From Geopsychrobacteraceae bacterium (lineage in GTDB: Bacteria > Desulfobacterota > Desulfuromonadia > Desulfuromonadales > Geopsychrobacteraceae): a stretch of DNA of 64,000 nucleotides. The stretch lies in the NCBI GenBank assembly GCA_963676795.2, contig CAXXTB010000002.1, positions 1,856,001-1,920,000 on the forward strand, written 5' to 3'. Of this stretch, positions 1 to 12,956 are shown piece after piece. Below the pieces are notes generated by a model that saw nothing but the letters and a program-made list of their open reading frames with translations, did no database searches and had not been told where the DNA came from. Every line of letters begins with the position of its first letter. The first letter of the stretch is position 1. A program made the translations under genes and the position numbers.

Positions 1-176
1 GCACCGGCATCGAGCATCGACTCATGCAGGCGGATGATATGCTGAGGTGCCGAGAGGTTGAGGATCTCGTTGCAGCCTTCGCAACCGGCCCAATCCTGCT
101 CAGTGATGTCCATTGTCTGCAGATTTGTCCCGCATGCCCCATCAAAGATAAGCAGCGGATTTTCGCTAAAACTCAT
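1..176 (-). CDS. Homocysteine S-methyltransferase domain protein (MetH-like N-terminus), runs off window start
   Basis: Hand translation of the minus strand from ATG at 176: MSFSENPLLIFDGACGTNLQ...GCNEILNLSAPQHIIRLHESMLDAGA. DGAxGT and NExLNL..H..xLxAGA are methionine synthase Hcy-binding domain hallmarks. Not in ORF track. Confidence 0.8.
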   Translation of the reverse strand, partial: MSFSENPLLIFDGACGTNLQTMDITEQDWAGCEGCNEILNLSAPQHIIRLHESMLDAG

Positions 177-342
177 GTGCTAACCCTGACTGAAAAAAAT
201 CTGTGAGTAAAACCAGAACCGGCAACAGACTTGCACCAGGAGTGCCGAGCCAGCCACCGATTCAGGCATAACAAAACCATAGAACTCGACACGATAGAAC
301 AGTATGGCCGGAACTGTCCAGTATATATGGATAAAAACAATT

Positions 343-370
343 TTGACCAATCAAAAGAATTTGCTAGAAT
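343..370 (+). promoter_or_regulatory. Putative sigma70 promoter of the MshEN gene
   Basis: TTGACC-16 nt-TAGAAT with extended TG, 28 nt before ATG 399. Confidence 0.5.
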
Positions 371-398
371 CCGTTCATGAACAACTCAAGGGGCATTT

Positions 399-1571
399 AT
401 GTATCTGCACAACTCTTCAACATTTTCCCGTAAAAAACTTCGCATCGGCGAGTTCCTGATCAATGGCAAGCTGATCGATCAACGCCAGCTCGACGAAGCC
501 ATCGAATACCAGTGCATCTATGGCGGCAAGCTTGGCACCTGCCTTGTTGAGCTCGGCTTCATTGACGAATGGCAGTTCGCCAAAACCCTGAGCAAATACC
601 ACAACCTCGACTACGTTGAACCCCATGAGCTGATGAATGTCCCGCAACAGATCATCGATCTGCTGCCGGCTGAGGTTGCCGTCAAATACCAGGCCGTCCC
701 CTACCGGGTTGACAAAAGCCGTCTGTTCATTGCCATCAGCGAGTCGACCAATCAGCAGGTGATCGATGCCCTGACCAGAGCCACACGCCACACTGTCATT
801 CCGATGGCGATGCCGGAAATCAGGATCAAGCTGGCGCTGAAGAAATATTACGCCATGCCCCTCCCTTCGCGCTTTGAGTCACTGGCGGCGCGCATCGACA
901 AGCACCAGTTCCTTTCAGGTAAGGCGGGCGTACAGAAGCAGACAAGTCCCTCTCCCTCGCCGGTCCAGCCGGAAACAGAAGAAAACGACAACCAGGTCGA
1001 TACGGCATCCTGGCCCATGCTCGGCGACCAGGAGAACCCCGGGGAAATCGAAGAGCTTCTCCCGGCATCCTACCAGGCCGACCAGCCCGCCAGACCGATG
1101 GAGCGGGGCGAGTTCCTCAAGCGCCTGGCCAATATTCAAAGTCGGGAACAGATCGCCGAGATCCTGTTCAACTACCTGCGCCAGAATCCGGCCGTCAGTG
1201 CCCTGTGGGTCATCCGTGAACAGAAAATCATCGGTTGGAAAAACAGCCTGAACAGCAGTGGGTTCGAAGAACTGAGTTTTCCGCTCGACCACCAGTCATT
1301 GCTTGGGACGGCCGTCATCAGCGGTGAAAATCAGCTGGGCCCTCTCGACCAGATTACCGAGAACCGCCGCCTGGCCAACTATTTCACTGCGGCAGCCCCC
1401 CACGCCCTGGTCATCCCCCTGACCGTGCGTGATCGTATCGTCTGCGTCTTCTATGCCCAGGATGAACTGAACAAGCTGCAGACCGAGCAAAACAATCTGC
1501 TGACGATTGCCCGCAAAATGGAACTGGCCTTTAACCTGCTCATACTCAGAAACAAGATCATCGAAACCTGA
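399..1571 (+). CDS. MshEN/GspE N-terminal domain protein with C-terminal GAF-like domain, no ATPase domain
   Basis: Tandem RIGEFLINGKLIDQRQLDEAIEYQ / KLGTCLVELGFID motifs, then T2SSE_N-like segment, Pro/Glu-rich linker and GAF-like C-terminus (ALVIPLTVRDRIVCVFYA); no Walker A. Confidence 0.7.
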   Translation: MYLHNSSTFSRKKLRIGEFLINGKLIDQRQLDEAIEYQCIYGGKLGTCLVELGFIDEWQFAKTLSKYHNLDYVEPHELMNVPQQIIDLLPAEVAVKYQAVPYRVDKSRLFIAISESTNQQVIDALTRATRHTVIPMAMPEIRIKLALKKYYAMPLPSRFESLAARIDKHQFLSGKAGVQKQTSPSPSPVQPETEENDNQVDTASWPMLGDQENPGEIEELLPASYQADQPARPMERGEFLKRLANIQSREQIAEILFNYLRQNPAVSALWVIREQKIIGWKNSLNSSGFEELSFPLDHQSLLGTAVISGENQLGPLDQITENRRLANYFTAAAPHALVIPLTVRDRIVCVFYAQDELNKLQTEQNNLLTIARKMELAFNLLILRNKIIET

Positions 1572-1572
1572 T

Positions 1573-2364
1573 ATGGACAAACAAACGGACCAACTGACAC
1601 CGGAACTTGTCACCCTGCTGCGCAAGAGCCAGACCGCCAGCCAGGAAGAGATCTTCCAGTTGCTGCTGTCGCCCCAGCAGACGGTACTGCAGACCCTGTT
1701 GAAAAATCCCCGGTTCAACGAAGACCACCTGCTGGCACTGCTGAAAAGACGCGATCTCAACGAAGAGTTTATCGAACAGATCTACAGACGGCAGAAAAGC
1801 TCGCCCAGTCATTGCACCCAACTCGCCATCGCCAGAAATCCGAGCTGCCCGTCACACCTACTGCGCACCCTGCTCCAGCAGCTGCGCCTGTTCGAACTGC
1901 TCGACATCTGCTTCATCCCGGGAGGTACGGCCGACCAGAAAATCGCCGCGGAGAGACTGATCATCCAGCGGCTGCCGACAACCCCGCTTGGCAACAAGAT
2001 CACCCTGGCCCGGCGCGGGACCTCCAACATCGTCGGCGAGATCATCAAAGAAGCACAGGCCCAACTGATGGACGCCTGTCTGACAAACCCCCACCTCAAG
2101 GAAGCCGCCATCTTTCAATACCTGCGTAGCAGCCGCGCCTGCGCCGAGGGAATTTCGATGATCGCCCGCCATGAGCGCTGGAAGATGCGTCCCAACCTGC
2201 GCCTCACCATCCTGAAAAACCGCAAAACACCTGAGATCTGGTACACCCTCTGGCTGCCCCAGCAGAACCTTGTCAACCTCAGGCAACTGCTCGGCCACTT
2301 TCGCCAGCATCCTTCACGCAAAAATCTTATCGAGAAAGAGCTGCTCAAGCGCGGCATCAGATAA
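1573..2364 (+). CDS. Conserved hypothetical helical-repeat (LRV-like) protein
   Basis: ATG 2 nt after upstream stop; repeated LLKNP/IARNP/LTNP/LKNRKTP motifs. Confidence 0.6.
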   Translation: MDKQTDQLTPELVTLLRKSQTASQEEIFQLLLSPQQTVLQTLLKNPRFNEDHLLALLKRRDLNEEFIEQIYRRQKSSPSHCTQLAIARNPSCPSHLLRTLLQQLRLFELLDICFIPGGTADQKIAAERLIIQRLPTTPLGNKITLARRGTSNIVGEIIKEAQAQLMDACLTNPHLKEAAIFQYLRSSRACAEGISMIARHERWKMRPNLRLTILKNRKTPEIWYTLWLPQQNLVNLRQLLGHFRQHPSRKNLIEKELLKRGIR

Positions 2365-2530
2365 GCCGCCTGTCTGCAATAAAAACTCCCCACATTATTC
2401 TGATTACATGTTTCTTTTTTTTACATTTTTATATACAATCACTCATTAACATATTTAAATCATCGCTTTAAATGTAAACACTCCATCTTTACGAATGTTA
2501 CAGGTTGACCTCAATCAAGCTGGAGGAAGA

Positions 2531-4555
2531 ATGGCCCTGCCCTTCAAGATCAAAAAAATATTTCAGATCCTCGGCCTTGGCCTGCTTATCTGGCCGTTAT
2601 GCGCTCATGCTGAAAACAATGGGCTGCTCAACCTCGATCTGACCGACCTGATGCAGATCCAGATCACCTCGGCCGGCCGCAAGGAACAGAGCCTCTCCGA
2701 TGTCCCTGCAGCGGTCTACGTCATTACGGCTGAAGACATCGCAACTTCTGCCGCAACCTCACTGCCTGAATTACTGCGCATGGTACCCGGTCTGCAGGTC
2801 GCAAGAATCGGTTCAAGTAAATGGGCCGTGGCGTCAAGAGGCTTCAACGGGACCTTTTCTTCTGAACTGCTGGTTCAGATTGACGGCAGAAGCGTTTACA
2901 CCCCGGCCTTTTCCGGCGTTTACTGGGATATGCAGACGGTCATGCTGGAAGAGATCGAACGGATCGAGGTCATTCGCGGTCCCGGAGCGACCCTGTGGGG
3001 AGCCAATGCGGTCAATGGCATCATCAACATCATCACCAATGCCGCGTCTGACTCGACCGGCATCTACGCCAGTACAGCATCAGGAAACCTTGAGCAGGCC
3101 GCAGGTTCGCTGCGTTATGGGCAACAGTTCGGCACCAGTATTTATGGCAAGGGCTATTTTGAATTTCACAAACGCAGTGACTTTAGCTACGCACCGTCTG
3201 ACAAAGCTGAAATCAATGCTGAGAATGACGCAAATGACAGCTGGGAAATGCTCAATGGCGGATTCCGTTTCGATGGTGACATCAGCCTCAAGCAAAGCTG
3301 GACCCTGCAAGGCGATATCTATTCAGGCGAAGAAAACCAACAGACATATGCCTACTGGGATGAGACAGTTGCCGCTCAATCGCTGCGGGACGATGTCATT
3401 AAAGTCAATGGCTACAACATTCTGGGCCGCTGGCAACAGCATGTTTCAGAAACCGGCGAGTGGGCCCTGCAGGCCTACTACGACTATTCAGAACGCAAAG
3501 AGAGCTACATCGACCAGAGCTACAAGACCTTTGACATCGACCTGCAGCATCGCTTTCAGCTGTTTGACAGAAACGATATCGTCTGGGGACTGGGTTATCG
3601 CAATATCGAGGATGAATTCAACGGCAGCAATATCCTGACCATCGATCCGGCACGTGAAACCGTTGATCTCTACAGTGCCTTTGTCCAGGATGAAATCAGC
3701 CTGATCAGAGATAGGCTGCTGCTGACGCTCGGCACCAAGTACGAGCATAACGACTACACAGACGAAGAGTTGCAACCGAGCGTCCGGCTTCTCTGGAAAC
3801 CGACGAAAAACCAAAGTGTCTGGACCTCAGTTTCAAAAGCGGTCCGCACCCCGTCACGGTTTGAAACGGCCATTTCTGTAGTTATGTCACGCTACGAATT
3901 CCCTCCATTCGTCATCCCCGTCTACATGCAGGGCAACAACGAGTTCGGTTCCGAAAATGTCATCGCTTATGAAGCAGGTTATCGACTTGGACTGAATGAG
4001 AACTTCACTTTCGATCTGACTCTTTTCCACAATGAGTATAAAGACCTGCGTGAGTACTATTTCACCAGCACGGGATCTCAGGTCGACAACGGTGGCAAAG
4101 GATCCAGCAACGGCCTCGAAATGGCTTTCGAATGGAAGCCGACAGGCTGGCTCAAGACGGCGCTGAACTATAGCTACATCGACCTGGACATCACCTCAGA
4201 CTCAATTGCCCTCGACCCGAGGTACAGTACCAACGCCACGGTACTGTCATATTCAAGCCCCAAGCATCAGGTGTCGCTAAGAACAGGGATCTCTCTGCTC
4301 GAAAACCTGCAACTGAACCTGTTCGGTCGCTATGTTGACGAAATCAAACAGTCGAGCCCCTCTACGGCATCCGGAGTCGATGCCTACTTTGCCCTTGATG
4401 CCAGCATTCTCTGGCAGGTCAACGAGAACCTGAGCCTGAAGATCGCCGGACAGAACCTGACAGACCCGGAGCATCTGGAATTTGTCAACGAATACTTTAC
4501 CCAGCCGACTGAAGTCGGCCGCAGTGTCTACGCCCAGCTGAACTTTAAATACTGA
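2531..4555 (+). CDS. TonB-dependent receptor (plug + beta-barrel)
   Basis: GGAGG RBS before ATG 2531; signal peptide (AHA); plug motifs LLRMVPGL, LLVQIDGR, IERIEVIRGPGATLWGANAVNGIINIIT; aromatic C-terminus (NFKY). Confidence 0.92.
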   Translation: MALPFKIKKIFQILGLGLLIWPLCAHAENNGLLNLDLTDLMQIQITSAGRKEQSLSDVPAAVYVITAEDIATSAATSLPELLRMVPGLQVARIGSSKWAVASRGFNGTFSSELLVQIDGRSVYTPAFSGVYWDMQTVMLEEIERIEVIRGPGATLWGANAVNGIINIITNAASDSTGIYASTASGNLEQAAGSLRYGQQFGTSIYGKGYFEFHKRSDFSYAPSDKAEINAENDANDSWEMLNGGFRFDGDISLKQSWTLQGDIYSGEENQQTYAYWDETVAAQSLRDDVIKVNGYNILGRWQQHVSETGEWALQAYYDYSERKESYIDQSYKTFDIDLQHRFQLFDRNDIVWGLGYRNIEDEFNGSNILTIDPARETVDLYSAFVQDEISLIRDRLLLTLGTKYEHNDYTDEELQPSVRLLWKPTKNQSVWTSVSKAVRTPSRFETAISVVMSRYEFPPFVIPVYMQGNNEFGSENVIAYEAGYRLGLNENFTFDLTLFHNEYKDLREYYFTSTGSQVDNGGKGSSNGLEMAFEWKPTGWLKTALNYSYIDLDITSDSIALDPRYSTNATVLSYSSPKHQVSLRTGISLLENLQLNLFGRYVDEIKQSSPSTASGVDAYFALDASILWQVNENLSLKIAGQNLTDPEHLEFVNEYFTQPTEVGRSVYAQLNFKY

Positions 4556-4588
4556 TTGCGGATTTAGAAGGATACGCGACACAAACTG

Positions 4589-5124
4589 ATGAAGAAAATT
4601 TTCATTTGCATAGTCCTGCTGGCACTGCTCGGATTTGCTCCGGCACACAGCAACAACCTTCCTGATATCAACCAGGTCAGGACGGCATACCTGTTCAATG
4701 TCGCCAAGTTCATCTCCTGGCCGGAGAACAGTTTCGACAATGACTCTGCCCCCCTGGTTATCGGCATTGTCGAACAGCCGGAACTGGCCGCATCCCTCTC
4801 AGTCCTGCAAGATAAGAAGATTCGTCAGCACCCGATAGAGATCAGGGACCTGTCGTCCCTGAATTCCGTCACGGGCTGCCACATCATCTATCTCAGTGAC
4901 CAGTCCCGGATAACGCCCGACAGCCTGTTTGACAAGGTCGGAAACAGGGCTATTCTGACAATAGGTGATGACAAATCTTTTGCCAGGGAGGGTGGTATTC
5001 TGCAATTTGTGACCATTCGCGGGCGCTTGCGATTTATCGTCAATCTTGATGTCGCCAAGAGGCAACAGATCAGCATCGATTCACAGCTTCTGGCCCTGGC
5101 CCTTGAAGTCATTGAGGTGAGAAA

Positions 5125-5128
<4 letters not shown>
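4589..5128 (+). CDS. YfiR family periplasmic protein
   Basis: Signal peptide; [42 protein letters not shown] family motifs. Confidence 0.85.
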
Positions 5129-7917
<2,789 letters not shown>

Positions 7918-7948
7918 AATTCCTCAAAGAACAACAGGCGAGGAGCCG

Positions 7949-9718
7949 ATGACAGAGAACAATAGAAAAAAAGCACTGATCCTGATCGTTGACGATGATC
8001 TGGCAACGCGTCTGCTGATGCGCGCAAGCCTGGAAAAATCGGGATTTCAGGTCACTGAAGCGGAGAACGGCCTGGTAGCACTCGACGTCTACAAGCAGAT
8101 GTCGCCTGATGCCATCCTGATGGATGTCATGATGCCGAAACTCGATGGCTTCGACACCTGCCGGGAGATCCGCAAGATCAAGGGGGGCGAGCACATCCCG
8201 ATTCTCATGGTCACAGGGCTGGAGGATATCGAGGCCATTCACCGCTGCTACGATTCCGGAGCGACCGATTTCATTACCAAACCGATCAACTGGGCCATCC
8301 TGAATTACCGGGTCAAGTATATGCTGCGGGCCAGCACGGCCTTCAATGATGTTATTGACAAACAGCGGCAGATACAGGAACTGGCATTTTTCGATCACTT
8401 GACCGGACTGGCCAACCGTACCATGTTCAAGGAGACCCTGGAGAACGCCCTGAGCGATTGCGAAAAGACCGACCTGATGCTGGCCGTCATGTTCATGGAT
8501 CTCGACCGCTTCAAGACCATTAACGATACCCTCGGACATCATGTCGGCGACATGCTTCTCAAGCATGTCTCAGACCGGATCAGTTCCTGTGTCCGCGGTT
8601 CAGACGCCATCGGACGCTTCAATAATCGCCAGACCAGAAATTATATCTCCCGGCTCGGCGGTGACGAATTTACCATCATGGTTCCGGAGCTCAAGGATCC
8701 CGACAACGTGGCCCTGATAGCCAGACGGCTCAACGAGAGCCTCAGTGCCCCCTTTGTCATCGACGGCAGCGAACTTTTCATCTCAACCAGCATCGGTATC
8801 AGTATCTATCCGCTGGACGGGACAAATGCCGAAGATCTGATGAAGCACGCTGACCTTGCGATGTATCACGCCAAAGAACGGGGCAAAAACGGCTTTCAGT
8901 TTTACAAAAAGCAGCTGAACATCAAAGCGGTCGAACGGCTCGAATTTGAGAATGATGTCAGGAAAGCAGTACAGAACGAAGAATTTGTCCTGCACTTCCA
9001 ACCACAGATCGATATGCAGACGGGCCGCATTATCGCCGCCGAAGCACTCACCCGCTGGGTCCACCAGCAGCACGGCCCCATCTCTCCGGGCCAGTTCATT
9101 CCGGCGATTGAGGATCTCGGCCTGATCACCCTGTTCACCGACTGGGTGATCAGACAGGCCGGAAAACAACTGTCGGGATGGCGCGACAAGGGTGTCGAGC
9201 TGATTCGTATCGCCCTGAATGTCTCGAGCAAGCAGTTCATGCACCAGCAGATTCCGGATAAAATCTCGACACTGCTCGAACAGCACAAGCTTGACGGCGA
9301 TCTGATTGAACTTGAATTGACGGAGAGTGTTCTGGCCGAGCAGAATGCGGATACCCTTGCGATTCTCAGTTCACTCAAAGAGCTGGGGCTGGCCATCTCG
9401 GTCGATGATTTTGGTACCGGTTATTCGAGCCTGGTCTACCTGAAGAGCTTTCCTATCGACATCGTGAAAATAGACCGTTTCTTCGTGAAGGACATCCTGA
9501 CCAGCAAACAGGACTCGGCCATCGTCAAAGCCATTGTCGCACTGGCCCACAGTATGGAAATGAAAGTTATCGCCGAAGGAATCGAAGAGCTTGAGCAGTA
9601 CCGGTTACTCAGGGAGATCGGTTGCGATTACGGCCAGGGGTATCTGTTCAGCCCGGCGGTTCCGGCAGAGGTCCTGCAGGAGATGATCGTTCAGAAACAG
9701 ATTCTGGTGGACATTTAA
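7949..9718 (+). CDS. Response regulator with GGDEF and EAL domains
   Basis: AGGAG RBS; REC (ILIVDDD, DVMMP); intact GGDEF; EAL, ELTES and DDFGTGYSS motifs. Confidence 0.92.
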   Translation: MTENNRKKALILIVDDDLATRLLMRASLEKSGFQVTEAENGLVALDVYKQMSPDAILMDVMMPKLDGFDTCREIRKIKGGEHIPILMVTGLEDIEAIHRCYDSGATDFITKPINWAILNYRVKYMLRASTAFNDVIDKQRQIQELAFFDHLTGLANRTMFKETLENALSDCEKTDLMLAVMFMDLDRFKTINDTLGHHVGDMLLKHVSDRISSCVRGSDAIGRFNNRQTRNYISRLGGDEFTIMVPELKDPDNVALIARRLNESLSAPFVIDGSELFISTSIGISIYPLDGTNAEDLMKHADLAMYHAKERGKNGFQFYKKQLNIKAVERLEFENDVRKAVQNEEFVLHFQPQIDMQTGRIIAAEALTRWVHQQHGPISPGQFIPAIEDLGLITLFTDWVIRQAGKQLSGWRDKGVELIRIALNVSSKQFMHQQIPDKISTLLEQHKLDGDLIELELTESVLAEQNADTLAILSSLKELGLAISVDDFGTGYSSLVYLKSFPIDIVKIDRFFVKDILTSKQDSAIVKAIVALAHSMEMKVIAEGIEELEQYRLLREIGCDYGQGYLFSPAVPAEVLQEMIVQKQILVDI

Positions 9719-9758
9719 TGGGTGCAAAATTGCCATCCTAGTGTAAAGTATTTTTAAT

Positions 9759-11309
9759 ATGATATCACAAATTAAAATAAAGACAGATACAACGTCAGAA
9801 ATCAGCTTGCCGGAAGGGGAATTGATCCTCCCCTCTTCCCCCCAGGTTGCAGTCCGCGTTCTCTCGGCATTGCAGAATTCAGACAATCCGATCGCGGAGC
9901 TGTCGGAAATCATTTCTGCGGATCCCGCCCTGGCCGGTAAAACTCTCAAGCTGGCCAACTCGAGCTTCTACTCGCTGCCAAACAAGGTGACAAATATTCA
10001 GCGTGCGATAACAATCCTGGGAACCAATCTGGTCAAGAACATTGCGCTGTCGTTTATTATTGCCAATGACCCGGAGTACAGAAAAGCGGACCTCCAGATT
10101 GAGAGCTACTGGAAACGGTCCGTGACGGCAGCCGTTGCCGCTGAACTGCTCACCCAGAAACTCGCCAGGCAGGATGAGGACATCTTTGTCTGCGGACTGC
10201 TGCACAATATTGGTACACTGATCATATACATGCAACGCCCGGACGAAATGAGGGGGCTACTCGATAGAATTGTCCTGTCGCAGGAATCGCCAACCGAGCT
10301 GGAAAAGTCTCAATTCGGAACAACCCACCAGGAGATTGGCGCGCTGTTGATTCGCCAGTGGGGGCTGCCGGAAACCGTCTACCTGCCAATCCGTTATCAC
10401 CATATGCCGGATGAGGCCCCTGCCGGCTACCGCGATATCGCCCTGATTCTCAATCTGGCCGACCAGATTTCAGCGATCTACAGTGATCCTGAAAGTGGCA
10501 CGACAGCTCACGCCCTTCAGGCCGCCCTCGCCCGCCACTATTCTTTTGATAAAAATTCCTCGATAGAACTGCTTGATGAGATCGCAGAAAGAAGTGTCGA
10601 AATCCTCAAAGCCTTCGAAATCGATGCCGGAGATATCAAGCCCTACTCGCAGATGCTTCAGGAAGCCAACCAGCAGCTTGGACGCCTGAACCTGTCCTAC
10701 GAACAACTGGTTATTGAGCTTAAAGAGGCCAAAGAAAAATCAGACCGGCTGGCTAACGCGTTGAAGGTGGCCAACGAGCGCCTGAGCAATCTGGCCTATA
10801 CCGACTCGCTGACCGGTCTCTACAACCATCGTTATTTCCAGCAGCAACTCAACACGGAAATCGCCCGTGGTACACGCTATGGCTTTCCCGTCTCCCTGGT
10901 GCTGTTCGATATCGATTATTTCAAATCTGTCAATGACAGATTCGGCCACCTCGCCGGTGACAACGTCCTGGTCGCCATTGCCCGGACGGTAGGACAGATC
11001 GTGCGCCCCAGTGACATGGTTGCCCGCTACGGAGGCGAAGAGTTCGCTATCATTCTCCCCCAGACCGATCTGGGGGGCTTAAGTACCTTTGCGACCCGGC
11101 TGCGCCGCGCCGTCGAACAGATTGTCACCAGATACGAAGGCCATGAGATCCTCGTCACCATCAGCGTCGGAGGAACGACCTTCAGTCCAGACCAGACCAG
11201 CATCAACAAGGAGCAACTGATCGACACTGCCGACCGGGGACTCTATATGTCAAAAGGTAACGGCCGCAATCAGGTCACTATACTGGCTATCGACAACGTG
11301 CCCGGATGA
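9759..11309 (+). CDS. HDOD-GGDEF diguanylate cyclase (start uncertain; TTG at 9821 possible)
   Basis: HDOD motifs DPALAGKTLKLANSS, LLHNIG, YHH; coiled coil; GGEEF with RPSD I-site. Confidence 0.88.
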   Translation: MISQIKIKTDTTSEISLPEGELILPSSPQVAVRVLSALQNSDNPIAELSEIISADPALAGKTLKLANSSFYSLPNKVTNIQRAITILGTNLVKNIALSFIIANDPEYRKADLQIESYWKRSVTAAVAAELLTQKLARQDEDIFVCGLLHNIGTLIIYMQRPDEMRGLLDRIVLSQESPTELEKSQFGTTHQEIGALLIRQWGLPETVYLPIRYHHMPDEAPAGYRDIALILNLADQISAIYSDPESGTTAHALQAALARHYSFDKNSSIELLDEIAERSVEILKAFEIDAGDIKPYSQMLQEANQQLGRLNLSYEQLVIELKEAKEKSDRLANALKVANERLSNLAYTDSLTGLYNHRYFQQQLNTEIARGTRYGFPVSLVLFDIDYFKSVNDRFGHLAGDNVLVAIARTVGQIVRPSDMVARYGGEEFAIILPQTDLGGLSTFATRLRRAVEQIVTRYEGHEILVTISVGGTTFSPDQTSINKEQLIDTADRGLYMSKGNGRNQVTILAIDNVPG

Positions 11310-11333
11310 ATCAGACCGGACCAGGATGAATAA

Positions 11334-12878
11334 ATGCAAACGCAACTGAATCACAAAAAGATTATCGATCTTATTTCACAGGACCTTGAGCTGCCATCTC
11401 CGTCACTGGTTGCGGTGAAAATCCTCAACGCCGTCAACCAGGACAAGGATGCCCTGACCAGCCTCGGCGAGGTCATTGCCACAGATCCATCCCTGACCGC
11501 AAAGCTGCTCAAACTCGCCAATTCGGTCGCCTTCAGAGCAAACGGGCCGATCAAGACCATCGACCGGGCGCTGACCCATCTTGGTACCAACCTGATCAAG
11601 AACGTTGCTCTTTCCTTTGTCATTTCCGAGCAGTTCAGTGATGCGGAAAACTCCCCGCTCGACCTGAAGCTGTTCTGGAAACGGTCATTCGTCACCGCTA
11701 TCGCTGCGGAACAGTTGCGCAATACCTGTTTTCACAAGGATGAGTCGATCTTCATTGCCGCCCTGTTGCTACACCTGGGTATGCTGGTCGTCGCCCAGAC
11801 CAAGGGCAGCGAGTACAAAACCCTGATCAGTGAAGCGGAAAAATATGCCGACGACCTGGCCCAACTGGAGATGGAAAGCTTCGGTTACAGCCATTTCCAG
11901 GTCGCCTATGCTCTTTTAAAGAAGTGGAACATCGCTGACGACATCGCCGAACTGCTTCTCTTCCATCCCGAACAATCGATACCTGCGGAACTGAAAAAAT
12001 CACTTACGATTGTACGTTGCGCTGAACAGATCGCCAGCATCTGCCTGGATAGCTCAATCGCCGAGAAGGCCAGACAGCTCTCGGTTCTCATGAAAGACGA
12101 GCTGTCAATCGATGAGCAGACTGCAGGAGAACTCTATGACCTGGTTGCTGAGAACAGTGCGGAATTACTGCGCAGTTTCGAATTTGACGACGCCGAAACA
12201 CGCCCCTACTCCAGCCTGATCGAAGAAGCGAACCGAGAGCTGGCAACCATGAACCTGAGCCAGGCGCAGCTCGTGCTGGAGATGAAAGAAGCGCGGGTGA
12301 AGGCAGAGCAACTGACACTGCAGCTGAAAAAGGCCAACGCGAAACTGAAAAATCTCGCATACAAGGATGGCCTGACCTGCCTCTATAATCACAGGTATTT
12401 TCAGGAGTCACTGACCAATGAGCTGGCCCGGGCGACCCGGTATCATTCATCGCTGTCGCTGATCCTCTTCGACATCGATCACTTCAAAGGGATAAACGAC
12501 TCTCTCGGCCATCAGGCCGGCGATCAGATCCTGGTCAATATCGCCAATGCCGTGCGTCTTGCCGTGCGCCCAAGTGACATCGTCTCACGTCACGGTGGAG
12601 ACGAGTTTGCCGTGATTCTTCCCGAAACCAACGAAGCGGGTGCAAAGGTTTTTGCCTCGCGGCTCAGACGCTGCGTTGAAGGGATAGCGACCGAGGTCGA
12701 CAAACAACTCCTCTACGTGACAATCAGCATCGGTGTCTGTACCGTCAGCCAGGAACAGGGGAAAATCAGCAAAGAAGAGCTCATCTGTGCCGCCGACAAA
12801 GGTCTCTACCAGTCCAAACAGAACGGCCGCAACCAGATCACCTCGATCGCCCTTGAAACTCTCGCTGCCAACGCCTGA
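11334..12878 (+). CDS. HDOD-GGDEF diguanylate cyclase, paralog of upstream gene
   Basis: DPSLTAKLLKLANS; GGDEF with RPSD I-site; shares LYNHRYFQ and GTNLxKNxALSF with upstream gene. Confidence 0.88.
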   Translation: MQTQLNHKKIIDLISQDLELPSPSLVAVKILNAVNQDKDALTSLGEVIATDPSLTAKLLKLANSVAFRANGPIKTIDRALTHLGTNLIKNVALSFVISEQFSDAENSPLDLKLFWKRSFVTAIAAEQLRNTCFHKDESIFIAALLLHLGMLVVAQTKGSEYKTLISEAEKYADDLAQLEMESFGYSHFQVAYALLKKWNIADDIAELLLFHPEQSIPAELKKSLTIVRCAEQIASICLDSSIAEKARQLSVLMKDELSIDEQTAGELYDLVAENSAELLRSFEFDDAETRPYSSLIEEANRELATMNLSQAQLVLEMKEARVKAEQLTLQLKKANAKLKNLAYKDGLTCLYNHRYFQESLTNELARATRYHSSLSLILFDIDHFKGINDSLGHQAGDQILVNIANAVRLAVRPSDIVSRHGGDEFAVILPETNEAGAKVFASRLRRCVEGIATEVDKQLLYVTISIGVCTVSQEQGKISKEELICAADKGLYQSKQNGRNQITSIALETLAANA

Positions 12879-12956
12879 CCGTCACTCAATACTGGCATCT
12901 CGCTATAGAGCATGATAATTTATCCTGGTCCACTACTCTGACGGTCACCCGAACTC

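Noticed and set aside
177..300. SAM-I riboswitch upstream of the metH-like gene (CGGCAAC...GTGCC fragments)
   Set aside because: The fragments are on the wrong strand for the gene, and the ATC..GAG/GAT P1 and kink-turn elements are absent
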